NCBI GenBank assembly: GCA_964016885.1
Contig: OZ024743.1
Span: 5,208,001-5,272,000, forward strand
DNA length: 64,000 nt
Reading direction: 5' to 3'
Source: Eledone cirrhosa
Lineage: Eukaryota
The translations under genes and the position numbers were made by a program. Positions 51,358 to 63,902 of the stretch are shown here, piece after piece (the stretch's first letter is position 1; the number at the start of each line of letters is the position of its first letter). The notes under the pieces were generated by a model, which made no database searches, was not told where the DNA came from, and saw only the letters and a program-made list of their open reading frames with translations.

Positions 51358-51688
51358 GCCGCCATCTCCCTTCTCATCTTGTTTGTTGTTTGTGTAAGGC
51401 CACCGGTTAACTACCAAAAACATTGACCCTCCTAGACCTTCATATTATTGTCAAAACTACTAAAAGGTCACTTCCCACGTTCCCTTTTTTTATTGTTTTT
51501 TATTACAAGCCGCACCCTAGACTGGAAGAGACTCGGGGACGATGTAGAAAGGGATTAACAATACAAGTGAGAGGGTAGATAGAGCAAAAGGAAGGGTGAG
51601 AGGAGTAGGGATTGTGGCAAAGGGCAAAGGAGACAGTTTGATGGTGGAATTGAGAGCGAATGCAGTTACGGAGAGAGGGAAGGGAGGC

Positions 51689-51902
<214 letters not shown>

Positions 51903-52482
51903 AACTTAGCTTAGCTATAGCGGGTGTATGTGAAAGTGTATATATGAGTGTAGGTTGTGTGTGTATGCGTGCGTGTGTATACAGCGGAACAAAATAAAGA
52001 AATAAAAATAATATATATATATATATATTTATAAATAATAATAAAAAAATAACTACTCGAAAGTGTGGTTGTCGCGTGGGAACTGGTAATTATTGAACGA
52101 TACACGCTCCTAGAAATATTTCTCATACACAGAACTTACAAATAAACAGGTATGGGTGATGTTCTCTCTATATGTATGTCTATTGTGTTTTTTACACAGA
52201 CTGAACCAGATAACAACACATTACTCATACAGCTTTTACAAGTAAACAAATAAGAAAAGAAAAACGGCAATGAATAAATAAACAAATAAAGTAATTATGA
52301 AGGTTCCTCTATATTGCTTGGTTGAATTTATTAATTATTATTTAGGTATTGACGCCTATTTTAGAGTGTCATTGCGACAAACTGCTTCGATTGCGTTCTG
52401 TGAAAATATACACTAGATACTTAATACTGCTGATGTTTTGTATAAAAACAAATGTCAGGGACTGTATATAACATATGTGAAC

Positions 52483-52559
52483 ATATGTATGTGTGTGTGT
52501 ATGTATGTATGTATGCATGTATGTATGTACACATTTATATGTAAAGATATATGTATATG

Positions 52560-52604
<45 letters not shown>

Positions 52605-52624
52605 ATACATACACATATGCTTAA

Positions 52625-52682
<58 letters not shown>
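52483..52682. repeat. (TG)/(TATG)/(TA)n microsatellite cluster
   Basis: Direct reading. Confidence 0.9.
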
Positions 52683-52684
<2 letters not shown>

Positions 52685-52709
52685 GTGTTTATACACTCAC
52701 GCACACATA

Positions 52710-53580
52710 TACTGAGTGTGTCAGTTTTTTTAAGGGTATTTGCATGAATTTAGAAAAAGACGCATGGCAGATCTCAGAAATGCTATATTTAGATACAAAT
52801 TGGTACAAATACTATTTACAATACCTTTATGATATCGATTCAATGAATTCTCCATTAATTCCATTGACTGCTTCAATGCAGGGTCTGAAGCTTTGGCATG
52901 CCCGACTCAGATGACCTCTATCAATACTGGACGTTGTGCTGGTAATGAAGGACTTGAGAGATTGTATAGTGTTGTGAGGGTGATGATTGACCTCGTTTTC
53001 AACTAGACCCCATACGTAATAGGAAGCCATTTGTCTGGAAGAACGTGGTCATGGAGATTGTCACACATCTATGCTTGTGTCGTTCTGGCCTTATGAGAGG
53101 GTGCGGAGTCTTGTTGGAAGTCAGACGGTCTTCCATTGATTACCCTGTCTATTCAGGGTTTCACAACTCTCCAACACATTTTTGTAGACAGTACCATTGA
53201 CTCATAAGCCCTGAGAAAAATTAAGGAGGTATGACATCTCCCTCGTTGCTGACGACACATAGAACCATCATACCCAGAACCAGTCGCTACAAATTCGGTG
53301 TGCATGACCGTTGGAACTTCATTTAGGTTTCTGCCTAGCCATCTATTGTTCCTTCGGTTTACCTTTTGGACCTGACCAAAACATGCCAGCTTCTGTTTTA
53401 TCTTATTCAGCAAACACTTTGCACGGACCAAACGATTTACTTTTGTCTTATCCAATATAAACTGGCCTCTCCGCATCACATATGTCTTGCATTGGATGAC
53501 ATCATGGACAACCTTTCTTATGGTGCATTCTGAAACAATAAGGTCCTTTGCGATGGCTCTGGCTGACTTTCCTGGGGTTT
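52710..53580 (-). mobile_element. Degenerate Tc1/mariner transposase remnant (DD37D/maT-like)
   Basis: Motifs FQQDSAPSHKARTTQA (~53070-53120) and YYVWGLVENEVNHHPHNTIQSLK...RACQSFRPCIEAV...GEFIE; N-terminal part MRRGQFILDKTKVNRLVRAK; many stops and frameshifts. Confidence 0.75.
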
Positions 53581-53611
53581 ATCGATTAATTTTTGAACCT
53601 TTTTTTACAAT

Positions 53612-53745
53612 CTTAAGCGTTACTTTGGAGTAACCCTACTCGATAGAGTGCGTAGCTCGGAAATCAGAAAGTCACTCCAGGTAGAGCCGCTACTTCTCCG
53701 AATTGAGAAATCAAAGCTCCTATAAATACGGACAAATTTTATGAA
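53612..53745 (+). mobile_element. RTE-clade LINE fragment (post-RT C-terminal region)
   Basis: Translates LKRYFGVTLLDRVRSSEIRKSLQVEPLLLRIEKSKL, typical of RTE/Expander C-termini. Confidence 0.7.
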
Positions 53746-54256
53746 ACGTCGTTGAGAAATGGCAACGTTGTTTCAACACAAACCAAATCTATGACTTATT
53801 ATATGGGTAAATGATATTGATCATACAGTGACCATGTTTTATATGTTCCGTTTGATTTGAACCACATTACCAAAATGAACAAAGACAATAAACCTTCCTT
53901 CGCCGATAATTGTATGAGGTTCCATGAAACCTATGTGAATTAGGCATAAATTGAATATGAATGTAAATATTTACATTGTATCCGTCAAAAACGACGGGGT
54001 TTATAGTAAAACAATATTTTATTTAATAATCTCTTGATCACGGCATTCTATGTAAAGACATAAACATAAAATAGTTGGGAACGACTCAATAGTGTAAGCC
54101 CATGAAGCGGAAAAAAGGTGGGTAATCGCACCATGTTCTGAATGGGGAATTTGAGAACATAGTTGATCTCTAAGTCTCCTTTAATTCCTCCTTGCATACC
54201 CTATATTTGTCTAAAGGCATAACTTGTCTCTACCTGTTTTGTTATGGGCCAATGTG

Positions 54257-54301
54257 CACTTGAATGAATGGTATCGACCTTAATTGACCGAAACCGTAGT
54301 G
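54257..54301 (+). ncRNA. Degenerate minimal hammerhead-like motif (Penelope-type)
   Basis: CAC-TTGAATGAA-TGGT...ACC-GAAA-CCGTA-GTG: stem I (CAC/GTG) and GAAA are present, but the CUGANGA core is corrupted. Confidence 0.35.
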
Positions 54302-54381
54302 ATTTCCAAAGGTGGAGATGGGACTGTCCATTTCTCCGTTGTTATTTCCATTGTCTTTGTCCTGTGCGGTCCCTATTTTTA

Positions 54382-54394
54382 ATATATATACATA

Positions 54395-54456
<62 letters not shown>
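54382..54456. repeat. (TA)n microsatellite
   Basis: Direct reading. Confidence 0.95.
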
Positions 54457-54460
<4 letters not shown>

Positions 54461-54546
54461 TAAAAGGTAAACAAAAATACCAACACAATCGGTACAGTAT
54501 ATGGAAGGGATATATTAGGTTAACGCTTGATATAGCAGGAAGAGGG

Positions 54547-54582
54547 CCTTAACGTTTCGGACGCTAGTCCTTCATCAGAAGA
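54547..54582 (-). ncRNA. Minimal type I hammerhead ribozyme motif (Penelope-like element type)
   Basis: Minus strand UCUU-CUGAUGA-A-GGAC-UAGC-GUCC-GAAA-CGUU-AAGG: intact core, 4-bp stem II, palindromic AACGUU in place of stem III, 4-bp stem I. Confidence 0.7.
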
Positions 54583-55050
54583 AAGAATGAGAAATAAGAT
54601 ACATTAGATTGAGTGACGGCTGGGTTGGAATTGGGGAAAATGTATATATATTTATACGGGTATGTATATATAAATGTGAAAACTGCATTACTTTCTGTTT
54701 ATTGTCCAATAACCTAGGACTGAATGCATATTAATAAAATAAAATGTTGAACCAGAGACCTTATGATTGAGAAGCGAAATTCTTAACCACTCGTCCATGC
54801 TGTGCCCGTTTCACTCCTATACACACATACAACGCACACTTATGTAAATAAATGCAAATATATATACAAACATGCACACATACATATTTATACATATACA
54901 TACACACATACATGCCTATATGCTCGTCATTATATGTACCTGCTGGGTAAAAAAAGAAAGAAGAGAGAGGGAGAGAGAATGAGAGAGAGAGTGAGAGAGA
55001 GTAAAAAATGTTGATTGTATGTCTTGTTGCTAAGGTGTCCCACTCCCGCT

Positions 55051-55333
55051 ACCGTCACCACCACCGCCACCACCACCACCACCACCATCACTATAAACGC
55101 CACCTTGAAAACAACAACAACCATTTATTTGTGTTTTTGCACGTGGGAACGTGAGGAAAAGACAGTCTCCACGCCTCACTCAACCTGTAACCTAACTACA
55201 TCTGTCACGTCATTAAAGAGCTTTCTGTTGCTTTCACCTTTTCATTTCTGCTCTTCTTCTTCCTCTTTATACCATAACCAAAACCACCAACACCATCACC
55301 ACCATCACCACCATCACCACCACCACTACTACA
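55051..55333. repeat. (CAC/CAT)n trinucleotide repeats around a short unique segment
   Basis: Direct reading. Confidence 0.8.
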
Positions 55334-55452
55334 TCACACACACCTTTTATTATCAGTTTACGCATTTTGTTTCATTTTTAACTTTATCACACACAACACA
55401 CACATATATATATATATATATGGATATTTATATGTGTGTGTGTTTGTATGTG

Positions 55453-55528
<76 letters not shown>

Positions 55529-55585
55529 TTAGTATATATATAGTGATATATATATATATATATCACTAGTATATATATATAGTGA

Positions 55586-55719
55586 TATATAGAGATTACA
55601 GTAATCAAAGTTCAGTTTAAGTCATTTATTTGCTTACAATTGTTTCCTCCAATTGGAGGAAACAATTGTAAGCAAATAAATGACTTAAACTGAACTTTGA
55701 TTACTGTAATCTCTATATA
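55586..55719. repeat. Perfect spacer-less 134-bp palindrome
   Basis: Centre CTCCAA|TTGGAG (55652/55653); the 67-bp arms are complementary out to 55586/55719. Confidence 0.95.
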
Positions 55720-55911
55720 ACTGCTCTGTAAAACAACTGATGTTATTACATTGAGCTATTTATCTTACTGGTAATAGGATAGTAATTAATGACTATCTCT
55801 CACTATTTAGGGTTTGTGTATATATAATATATCACCATCAAAGGTTTTATTGCATACATAACCATAAATAGTACCCTTAATACTATATAGTGATATATAT
55901 ATATATATAAA

Positions 55912-56966
<1,055 letters not shown>

Positions 56967-56996
56967 AAGATTGAAGAATTTGAAGAATAACATGTA

Positions 56997-58094
56997 GTGC
57001 AAATGAAGCCTGAACGCATTGCCCAAATACCCGACAGAATCCTATTAGAGGGCCACGGGTATATAAACATTAGCATGGAGGGGAGAAGGCCGTCCTGTCA
57101 TATCTGTGCAGGCAGAGGGCACCTGAAGGAGGCTTGTCCCCAACTCAACAAGAAGAAAACCCTGCTACCAACACCAGTTCCACCACCACCACAACAGATA
57201 AACAAACAACAAAACTCAGTCCCACCCAACCCGTCCCTCAGTAAAACTACACCACCACCACAGCACAAACAGACACAACACATTACCCAAAAACAAAACA
57301 CAGTCCCACCCAACCCCTCACTCAATAAAACAACACAGCCACCGCAGCCACAACACACAACACAGTCTAACATAGTGACATCCATCTCCCCTACAAAGAA
57401 AACTAACACGGAAACACTACCAGCAAACATACCTCTTCCCTCCAACACTGAAGATAACCCAACGAATTCGGAGGAAGAAACGGAGTCCTTCAGACAGATT
57501 AAAAGGAAAAAAAGAAAACATGTGCAAAACACACAAGGCCAAACAGCCCCTAACCAAATGTCAACACAATCCAACAAAACACAAAACACCCCTCCAGCAA
57601 CAAACAAAACCAAACCTGCCCCTCCCCTCTTCGAAACACTCACACCATCCGAAAAAAAGACATTACACTATACTTACATCAACAGAAACAATAATAAATT
57701 AAATGAACTCATAAACAATAACCCTTCGGTACAAACCGAAGGGGTAAACTTTGTTTTTTCAGAAAACAACCCACAATTAAAATTAATAAAGGTCCCAATG
57801 AACCTCTACCAAAAACTAAAAAAGGATTTTAAGGAAGACGTTAGACCACCCTCTGTCAAACCCATAAACCGCGTCCTCCTAAAAAGCTTTCCCCCTCCCC
57901 TTTCCCTCCCCAACACAACTCCAAACACCCCAACCCCACCACACACTGACGACCCCACACCACCACAAGACACCACCTTCACCCAACACCTTCGACTCCA
58001 TGGAAGTCGTGCGGCCCGAACCCCGGGAAGCAGAAAGGTAGGTCTCTACACTCTCCTTTGGCTTTGCCGCCCACATGGATGTGTTAAGGAGTAG
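56997..58094 (+). CDS. ORF1 (gag-like), partial; zinc knuckle plus Pro/Thr/Gln-rich tail
   Basis: CHICAGRGHLKEAC (CX2CX4HX4C); 365-aa open frame; basic KRKKRK segment; true start lost and true end uncertain. Confidence 0.75.
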   Translation: MQMKPERIAQIPDRILLEGHGYINISMEGRRPSCHICAGRGHLKEACPQLNKKKTLLPTPVPPPPQQINKQQNSVPPNPSLSKTTPPPQHKQTQHITQKQNTVPPNPSLNKTTQPPQPQHTTQSNIVTSISPTKKTNTETLPANIPLPSNTEDNPTNSEEETESFRQIKRKKRKHVQNTQGQTAPNQMSTQSNKTQNTPPATNKTKPAPPLFETLTPSEKKTLHYTYINRNNNKLNELINNNPSVQTEGVNFVFSENNPQLKLIKVPMNLYQKLKKDFKEDVRPPSVKPINRVLLKSFPPPLSLPNTTPNTPTPPHTDDPTPPQDTTFTQHLRLHGSRAARTPGSRKVGLYTLLWLCRPHGCVKE

Positions 58095-61000
58095 GATGTT
58101 TGAATGCACGTGGCCTGGGCTCAACTTGGAAGCAAGCAAAGCTTCTAAATGACCTCAGGTCACGTGGTATAAATGTAATAGTTATCTGTGAGACTCGGAT
58201 CAGCGTCGTGCGGCAGCTGGCCCCTACCTTCAATGACTTTGAGGTGCACGCATCTCTCTCTGTCAACCTGGAGGTGGGGGTGGGGTTGTCGTACTGCTGG
58301 AAAACACCTGGGTCTCGCCGTACAGGTTGTTCACTCGGACCCGGAAGGTCGTTTGTTGGTGCTAGACGTTGGCAGTAGTGGAGGTGCGGCCTTGAGACTG
58401 GTCGCCGTCTACTCCCCTTTCGGAGCTGAACGACCCGACTTCTTCCAGCGTCTGGAGACTTTTCTGGGAACGTCGCGTTCCCTGCTTCTAGCGGGGGACT
58501 GGAATGACATCCTAGATGCACGTTGGGACTATGCAGGAGCATGTCCTAATAGAGGGGGGTGTAACAGCCTCAAGGGGTTACTCGACCGTTTTAACTTGGT
58601 CAATAGATATCGACTAGATTTTCCAACTGTGCCAACCTGGACTTGGACGAACCACAGTGGTCAATCTAGATCGTACTTAGATAGATTCTTAGTTAGAAGT
58701 AAGGATAGGGACATATTAAGCTGTCCAGAAATTCTTACGGTTGGCTATACAGATCACAAATTAGTGACCTGCGTAGTCAACCTCGAGAGAACACATAGAC
58801 AGGGTCCCGGTTACTGGAAACTTAATTTGTCTTTACCGGCAAAAGAGGCTTACAGAGACCGGATTAGCAGATTAGTTAAGGAGAGATTGACGGGTGCAAT
58901 CGTCAACAACCGATGGTGGGCATCTCTCAAAAGAGAGATTAGAACAGAATCAATAAGTTATAGCAAGATGTTAGCTGCCGATAGGAATAGGAACGAGAAA
59001 GAATTAACAGGTAAATTAGAAGAGGCAATCAAGAGCGAAGATGTGGCCAGAGTGCTTGCATCGAGGACGGCCTTGAGCCAGTTTTTCGATGCAAAGCACG
59101 AAGGCTGCGTCATTCGAAGTAAAATACGTGCTCTAGGTAATGAGGGGGCCAAAGCCGTTGGCTGGGCCCGCGTGACAGAAGCTAAGAGTGGAAATCGATC
59201 CACCATCCGGTTTTTGCAAGACGAGGATGGACGGGTGATCCGGGAGCCTAAGCAGATGTGCGAGGCCTTTCAAAGGCACTTTGCCCGATTGTTCGGGGGA
59301 GGCGAGGGTCCGGGCGGGGACGTGGATTTCGGTCCATACCTCGACGGCCTGCCGCGTCTCTCGAGCAAAGAGGCAGAGTCCTGCGAGGGACCAATCTCGG
59401 CTGATGAGATCGGGGATGCGCTGAGCCAATGCAGCAGACGCAAATCTCCAGGTCTCGATGGTATACCTTACGAACTTTATTTAGCAATGCCGGTCTTCTT
59501 CTCCGAACTCCTCGAAGCAGTCTACTGCAATTGGCAGCAGAACGGGAGAATTCCTTGTTCTGTAGCCAAGGGCGTAGTCTCACTGGTGAGGAAGGACGAG
59601 AACAGGGGGGATAGTATAAATAATTTTCGGTCCATAACCCTGCTAAACACAGAGTTAAAGATTTTGGCCAAGGTGTTAGCAAAGAGGTGGCGCTTGTCGT
59701 GGGAAGCCTGGTGGGAGATGCGCAGACATGTGCTATCCCATCCAGGTCCATTCACGACAACCTCCACCTCATGCGATACATCATAGAGAGGGTTGGCAAC
59801 AAACCCGGCTTCGGTGGGGCCCTGATCAACTTGGATCAGTCTAAGGCGTTCGATAGGGTCGACCATGGTTACCTGGATGCGGTGCTAGTGGCGGCTGGGT
59901 TCGGTCCTGTTTTCAGAGGCTGGATCACTGCCTTACATAGCAACCACATCTGTTCTAGGATCAAGGTGAACGGCTACCTTTCGAAGCCGTTCGAAATCAC
60001 ACGATCCATTCGACAGGGGTGCCCTCTCTCCTCCCTTCTGTACGTATTGACTCTCGAGCCTTTACTGAGGAAGTTGGAGTTGTTGCAGGGTATCCCCCTG
60101 GAACCAGGATTGAGCAAAGCGGTGTCGGCCTACGCCGATGACGTAACAGTAATGGTATCGACCGACTCGGAGATCGAGGCGATCGGTACCTTACTGGAGG
60201 AATACGAAAGGTTGTCAGGAGCGAAACTGAACCGGGAAAAATCCATCGGGCTGCAACTCGGAACGTGGAGAGGCAGACCGATGCCTCCCGACGGTGTCAT
60301 CGGACACTGGACGGAGGGCCCGGTGAAGTTGCTTGGGGTCTGGTTTGGACCGGACCTCCAGGTGGAAAAGAACTGGGGCGAGGTTACGAGCAAGGTGTTT
60401 GCACTGACCCAGAAATGGGCCAAGTGTAAGCTGTCCCTGAAAGGTCGGGCGGAGGTGGCGAACATTTACATAGCGTCCGTCACCTACTACCGCCTGACTG
60501 TCGTGCCTTGCCCTAAGGAAACACTCACCACCATGGAACGCATGCTCTTTCAATTTCTTTGGAAGAAGCGCCCTCCTATGGTGAGAAGATCCATCTGCTG
60601 CCAACAACCTTCGAAAGGAGGGCTGGGGATGCCGTGGTTGATGATGCGTAGGCACGCATTAAGGCTACGGCACCTACAGGTATTCCTCACTGGTCAACCG
60701 GTGTGGGCTCCGTTCGTGAGACGAGCCTTTCCGAGACTCGTCTCGCTCACCGAGCTGCAGTCCTGGGTCAAGCAAATATCCGGAAAACTGGGCGACTGGC
60801 ACACTGAGTGTGCCCAGGCGCTCAGGGCTCTCTGGCAAGCGGACCCGGCCATCGGTGGAGAATCCACCTCGTCATTCTATAGAGGGCTGGTGGCTAGCAG
60901 AGGCGATGACACCCTTGGAGAGTCGCTGGACGTGGAAGAGGACGAACTGGCCAGCCTGTTCGGTAGGACTTTCGGCCCGGGACCAATGGACAACTTCCAG

Positions 61001-61520
61001 AAGTCACTGGCCTGGCAGTGCTACCGGGGGGCTCTACCCGTTCGAGAAAAGCTCTACAGACACGGGCGCCCGGGCAGGGATCCCTCGAAAAAGATTTGCC
61101 CTAGATGCGTGCGTCATGAAGAAACCGTTACGCACGCATTGGTGCACTGTCCGGGCGTGGCTGATCTGTGGGGCTACGCCGAACGACTGCTGTCGCGGGT
61201 GGCGCCGATTCGATTAACCGCCGAGTCCGTGATAACAATCAAGCCGCCTCCCCTCTTCACAAAGGAAGCAAAGGCGGTTTTTCTGTGCGTAATAGCCATG
61301 TTGAAAGAGGTTGTTTGGTGGACACGATTGAAAGGTCTGAGGTCAGGCAACTTCCTCTCTGGCCATAGTCTGGTCTACTTCTTCTGATATCACTTCGGAA
61401 GAAGGATAAGAATGGATGTGAGAGGTGCTTGGCCACAGGCAGTTTTATGAAAGGTGGGTGATAGTGGCGAGAATGGCTCGTGTAAATGGGCCTTCTCTGT
61501 ATACCATCCTGTAGGTAAAG
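58075..61520 (+). pseudogene. ORF2 APE-endonuclease / reverse transcriptase, disrupted
   Basis: LNARGL, ICET, LAGDWN, SYLDRF, TDH, GPGYWKLN, KSPGLDG, FRSITLLN, DQSKAFDRV, RQGCPLS, YADD, CPRC...ETVTHALVHC. Frameshifts near 58090, 58310 and 59690; premature TGA at 61385-61387. Confidence 0.9.
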
Positions 61521-61730
61521 AAGTGAAGGAGAGGGGAGCACCTTTTCCATGTGCTCCCCGAGCAAAGGATTGCACACTTTTCGGGGGTGTGTGCAACCCC
61601 CATCACGTCCCCTCCCTTTTGAGGTTGTTTTTGATTATTTTCATTTTATACCCTTTTTACTCGGTTTTATGTAAACTCCCCCTTTGTATTTATCCCTTCT
61701 TTTTATGCCTTTATGGTAAATAAAGAAATA

Positions 61731-61900
61731 TATCTATCTCTGTCTAACGAACTGCATATCTATCTATATCTATCTAATTAGCTAGCTATGTATATATGTA
61801 TGTATGTATGTGCATGTGTGTGTGTATGTATGTATGTATGTATGTATGTGTGCATGTATGTGTATGTATGTATGTGTATGTATGTATATATGTATGTATT
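61731..61900. repeat. (TATC)/(TATG)n tetranucleotide microsatellite between two retroelement 3' ends
   Basis: Direct reading. Confidence 0.85.
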
Positions 61901-62720
61901 TATGTTCTTCTGGTTTTATAATTTCACAAATGTTTTCCCAATAGAGAGAGAGTCGCTTTCTAACAGACACAAGACTCTCTCATTGGAATCAGCTAGGTAG
62001 ATATGGATGTTATTGTATGTGTGGATGTGTGTTTTGAGTTGTATGTGTGCATGAGTATATGCAGTTATTAGATGCAACATTTTTGGAATGTTTTACATAT
62101 TTTTACTGTTCCATTAATGGATTGTACTTGTAATTTCCTAACTAGTTGTGTTCTTTCTGTTCCTGTGAAGCCTAGCTTCTCAAGATTTGTATTGAGGCAG
62201 TTACTAACATACCCCAGTGCCCCAATAATCACAGGCATATATCTGAAGGTGTAATCAGGGTGGAGTTTCTGCAGATTTCTCATCAGTTCTGCATAAATGT
62301 TCTCCTTTTCACTAATCTTTGATATTATATTGGCATCTGCTGGGAAGCTAATTTCCACTACTGTGCATGCTTTCTTCTCCCTGTCCCATATCATAATATC
62401 TGGTCTGTTATACCTGCATTTTATTGGGGTTTTTACTGGAACATTCCACCAGTACTCTTTCATATTATGTACGTGTCTTCCACATTGCTGTAGTTTTTAA
62501 TGTGTTTATTATCGGGGCTATCTTTTTTACGGACTGCATTGTACAATGTTTTGGCCACTACATCATGCCTCATAGGTAGATAGTACCGCGATGACATCTT
62601 CGGACATCTGCTGATGACATGGGTGATATCCTAGATGTTAGTTCTGCAGAGTCTGCACTTGTTATCACATCTAGGTGTTTTGCCTGCATCCCTATCTCTT
62701 TTGTGAATCAGGTATTTCGT
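61900..62720 (-). mobile_element. 3' fragment of an R4/Dong-like non-LTR retrotransposon with restriction-like endonuclease
   Basis: Minus strand KCRLCRTNI*DITHVISRC (CCHC), MRHDVVAK, then NRPDIMIWD...VEIS...K...Y (PD-(D/E)xK) and PVIIGALG; the 3' UTR runs into (CATA)n. Confidence 0.85.
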
Positions 62721-62722
62721 GT

Positions 62723-62795
62723 TATCAAGCGTTAACCTAATATATCCCTTCCATATACTGTACCGATTGTGTTGTTATTTCTGTTTATCTTTTAC
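62723..62795 (+). mobile_element. Second, inverted copy of the hammerhead-associated (Penelope-like) tail
   Basis: 62723-62774 is the exact reverse complement of 54481-54532; both copies end in (TA)n. Confidence 0.75.
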
Positions 62796-62810
62796 ATATA
62801 TATATATATA

Positions 62811-63299
62811 TATTATAATTGTTTCTACTTTTGGCACAAGGCCAGCAACTACCCAGTGCATTACTGGTACTTTATTTTATCGACCCCGTAAGGATGAAAG
62901 GCAAAGTTAACCTCGGCGGGATTTGAACTCAGAATGGCAATATATATATATTATAATGATAAGGAACAAGGATTCAGTGTTGCATCATACCATATTTAAT
63001 AACATATTACATATGTTTCTCTAACGATCAGCTCGAGGCAAGATCTCATATACCAAACAGATCTGACGACCTTTCGATTACAGAGTCGGGTTCGATCTAT
63101 AATAGATCTTGCCTCGAGCTGATCGTTAGAGAAACATATGTAATATGTTATTAAATATGGTATGATGCAACACTGAATCCTTGTTCCTTATCATTATAAT
63201 TAACTTTGCCTTTCATCCTTACGGGGTCGATAAAATAAAGTACCAGTAATGCACTGGGTAATTGCTGGCCTTGTGCCTAACGTAGAAACAATTATAATA
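62811..63299. repeat. Nested foldback: inverted SINE halves outside, perfect 97-bp inverted repeat inside
   Basis: Inner arms 62950-63046 and 63104-63200 with a 57-bp loop; outer SINE arms ~62811-62910 and ~63200-63299. Confidence 0.9.
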
Positions 63300-63469
63300 T
63301 TATACTCTACTCTGCACGAGCATCGAGTGTTCAACCGGCATATCGCCTACGTACGCATTTATTTTGCAACCTTACAACGGTACTGCTGGTCCATCCGGGG
63401 GTCACAACGCGTGACATAGGCCAATCGCTGTCCAGTGGAGTTAGAGACGAGAAAACATTAATTTATAGC

Positions 63470-63514
<45 letters not shown>

Positions 63515-63820
63515 AATAATCGTATAGATTATTAGACTAGTACTTTATTTATCGACTCCAAAATTAGACTAGTACTTTATTTATCGACTCCAAAAGAATG
63601 AAAGGCGTAGTTGACCCCAAAATTTGAATTTGAAGTGCAGAGAGCCTGGGCGGCGACCGCACTGCCAGTTTGCCACCCATCTTCTCTAGATACATCAACA
63701 TATAAATAGGTATACTATTTCGCCGCCAAAACTATAGGTGTTGGAGCAAAATTGATGATATTTTTGGAATCAGTGCCCCATATCTAGGATTGGTGGATCG
63801 AAGATAACTCAACGGCGATA

Positions 63821-63864
63821 GATGATGATGATGGCGATGACCAGCCTGGTGCTGGTGATGAGTA

Positions 63865-63902
<38 letters not shown>

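Larger units (their letters stand above)
56963..61730 (+). mobile_element. 5'-truncated Tx1/L1-clade non-LTR retrotransposon
   Basis: ORF1 with CCHC knuckle; ORF2 with APE endonuclease, RT and Cys-rich C-terminus; AATAAA at 61719-61724; flanked by (TA)n and (TATC)n. Confidence 0.9.

Noticed and set aside
57098-61596. Antisense and alternate-frame ORFs over the Tx1 element
   Set aside because: Shadows of GC-rich coding sequence with no recognisable domains.
63047-63103. Hammerhead in the foldback loop (CTGACGA present)
   Set aside because: No correctly placed GAAA or stem II after the CTGACGA.
63531-63594. 32-bp tandem duplication ATTAGACTAGTACTTTATTTATCGACTCCAAA
   Set aside because: Simple local duplication within a decayed SINE.
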